From NCBI GenBank assembly GCA_030390025.1, contig JASTWF010000338.1, positions 62,001 to 126,000 on the forward strand: a DNA stretch of 64,000 nt. The letters are read 5' to 3'. Positions 62,001 through 64,000 of this stretch are shown here, one piece after another. This stretch comes from Squalus acanthias. Its lineage: Eukaryota. Both the position numbers and the translations under genes were made by a program. How positions within the stretch are numbered: the first letter of the stretch is position 1; every line of letters begins with the position of its first letter. The notes beneath the pieces were generated by a model. It saw only the letters and a program-made list of their open reading frames with translations. It searched no databases and was not told the origin of the DNA.

Positions 62001-64000
62001 TAACCCGTGCTGTACCTGCCCTTGCAGTGTTTGATGGGACAGTGCAGAGGGAGCTTTACTCTGTATCTAACCCGTGCTGTACCTGCCCTGGGAGTGTTTG
62101 ATGGGACAGTGCAGAGGGAGCTTTACTCTGTATCTAACCCGTGCTGTACCTGCCCTGGGAGTGTTTGATGGGACAGTGTAGAGGGAGCTTTACTCTGTAT
62201 CTAACCCGTGCTGTACCTGCCCTGGGAGTGTTTGATGGGACAGTGTAGAGGGAGCTTTACTCTGTATCTGACCCGTGTTGTACCTGCCCTGGGACTGTTT
62301 GATGGGACAGTGCAGAGGGAGCTTTACTCTGTATCTGATCCGTATTGTACCTGCCCTGGGACAGTGCAGAGGGAGCTTTACTCTGTATCTAACCCGTGCT
62401 GTACCTGCCCTGGGAGTGTTTGATGGGACAGTGAAGAGGGAGCTTTGCTCTGTATCTAACCTGTGCTGTACCTGCCCTGGGAGTGTTTGATGGGACAGTG
62501 TAGAGGGAGCTTTACTCTGTATCTAACCCGTGCTGTACCTGCCCTGGGAGTGTTTGATGGAACAGTGTAGAGGGAGCTTTACTCTGTATCTAAGCCATGC
62601 TAAACTGCCCTGGGAGTGTTTGATGGGACAGCGTAGGGGGAGCTTTACCCTGTTTATAACCCGTGGTGTACCTGCCTGTGACTGTTTGATGGGACAGTGT
62701 AGAGAGAGTTTTACGCTGTATCTAACCGGTGCTGTACCTGTCCTGGGAGTGTTTGATGGGACAGTTTCGAGAGGGCTTTACTCTGTATCTGACCCGTGCT
62801 GTACCTGCCCTGGGAGTGTTTGATGGGACAGTGTAGAGGGAGCTTTACTCTGTATCTAACCCGTGCTGTACCTGCCCTGGGAGTGTTTGATGGGACAGTG
62901 TAGAGGGAGCTTTACTCTGTATCTAACCAGTGCTGTACCTGCCCTGGGAGTGTTTGATGGGACAGTGCAGAGGAGCTTTACTCTGTATCTAACCCGTGCT
63001 GTACCTGACCTGGGAGTGTTTGATGGGACAGTTTAGAGGGAGCTTTACTCTGTATCTGACCCGTGCTGTACCTGCCCTGGAGTGTTTGATGGGACAGTGT
63101 AGAGGGAGCTTTACTCTGTATCTAACCCGTGCTGTACCTGCCCTGGGAGTGTTTGATGGGACAGTGTAGAGGGAGCTTTACTCTGTATCTAACCCGTGCT
63201 GTACCTGCCCTGGGAGTGTTTGATGGGACAGTGTAGAGGGAGCTTTACTCTGTATCTAACCCGTGCTGTACCTGCCCTGGGAGTGTTTGATGGGACAGTG
63301 TAGAGGGAGCTTTACTCTGTATCTAACCTGTGCTGTACCTGCCCTGGGAGTGTTTGATGGGACAGTATAGAGGGAGCTTTACTCTGTATCTAACCCGTGC
63401 TTTATCTGCCCTGGGAGTGTTAGATGGGACAGCATCGGAGGGAGCTTTACTCTGTATCTAACCAGTGCTGTACCTGCCCTGGGAGTGTTTGATGGGACAG
63501 TGTAGAGGGAGCTTTACTCTGTATCTAACCCGTGCTGTACCTGCCCTGGGAGTGTTTGATGGGACAGTGTAGAGGGAGCTTTACTCTGCATCTAACCCGT
63601 GCTGTACCTGCCCTGGCAGTGTTTGATGGGACAGTGCAGAGGGAGCTTTACTCTGTATCTAACCCATGCTGTACCTGCCCTGGGAGTGTTTGATGGGACA
63701 GTGTAGAGGGAGCTTTACTCTGTATCTAACCTGTGCTGTACCTGTCCTGGGAGTGTTTGATGGGACAGTATAGAGGGGGCTTTACTCTGTATCTAACCCG
63801 TGCTGTACCTGCCCTGGGAGTGTTTGATGGGACAGTGTAGAGGGAGCTTTACTCTGTATCTAACCTGTGCTGTACCTGCCCTGGGAGTGTTTGATGGGAC
63901 AGTGTAGAGGGAGCTTTACTCTGTATCTAACCCGTGCTGTACCTGCCCTGGGAGTGTTTGATGGGACAGTGTAGAGGGAGCTTTACTCTGTATCTAACCC

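Larger units (their letters stand above)
50161..64000 (+). repeat. 67-bp satellite array 3, running off the window end
   Basis: Same monomer, head-to-tail. Confidence 0.99.

Overview
Repeat-dominated eukaryotic DNA, most likely from a cartilaginous fish (inferred from the style of the CR1/HER1-type LINE tails, Penelope termini and zinc-finger remnants; not verified). About 70% of the window is a 67-bp satellite in three arrays: + 2708-26423, - 39894-47064 and + 50161-64000. An assembly gap lies at 26424-26650. The interval 26.65-39.9 kb is a nested stack of CR1-clade LINE fragments, decayed C2H2 zinc-finger exons, a CpG-rich YY1/NRF1 promoter-like segment and two Penelope terminal fragments. 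Positions 1 to ~14 kb recur almost identically from 47139 onward (segmental duplication or false haplotype duplication). I found no intact host protein-coding gene. The most interesting signals are: (i) Penelope-like retroelement ends carrying minimal type-I hammerhead ribozyme motifs from two families, one inserted repeatedly into the satellite; (ii) an insertion-free paralog of one insertion site in the inverted array; (iii) a solitary satellite-like unit with a different continuation, a possible parent element; (iv) an RFX/CRE-like cassette plus a 108-bp VNTR in front of the satellite arrays; (v) a zinc-finger exon cut off directly by satellite. I cannot claim a wholly new system, because hammerheads in Penelope-like elements are already known.
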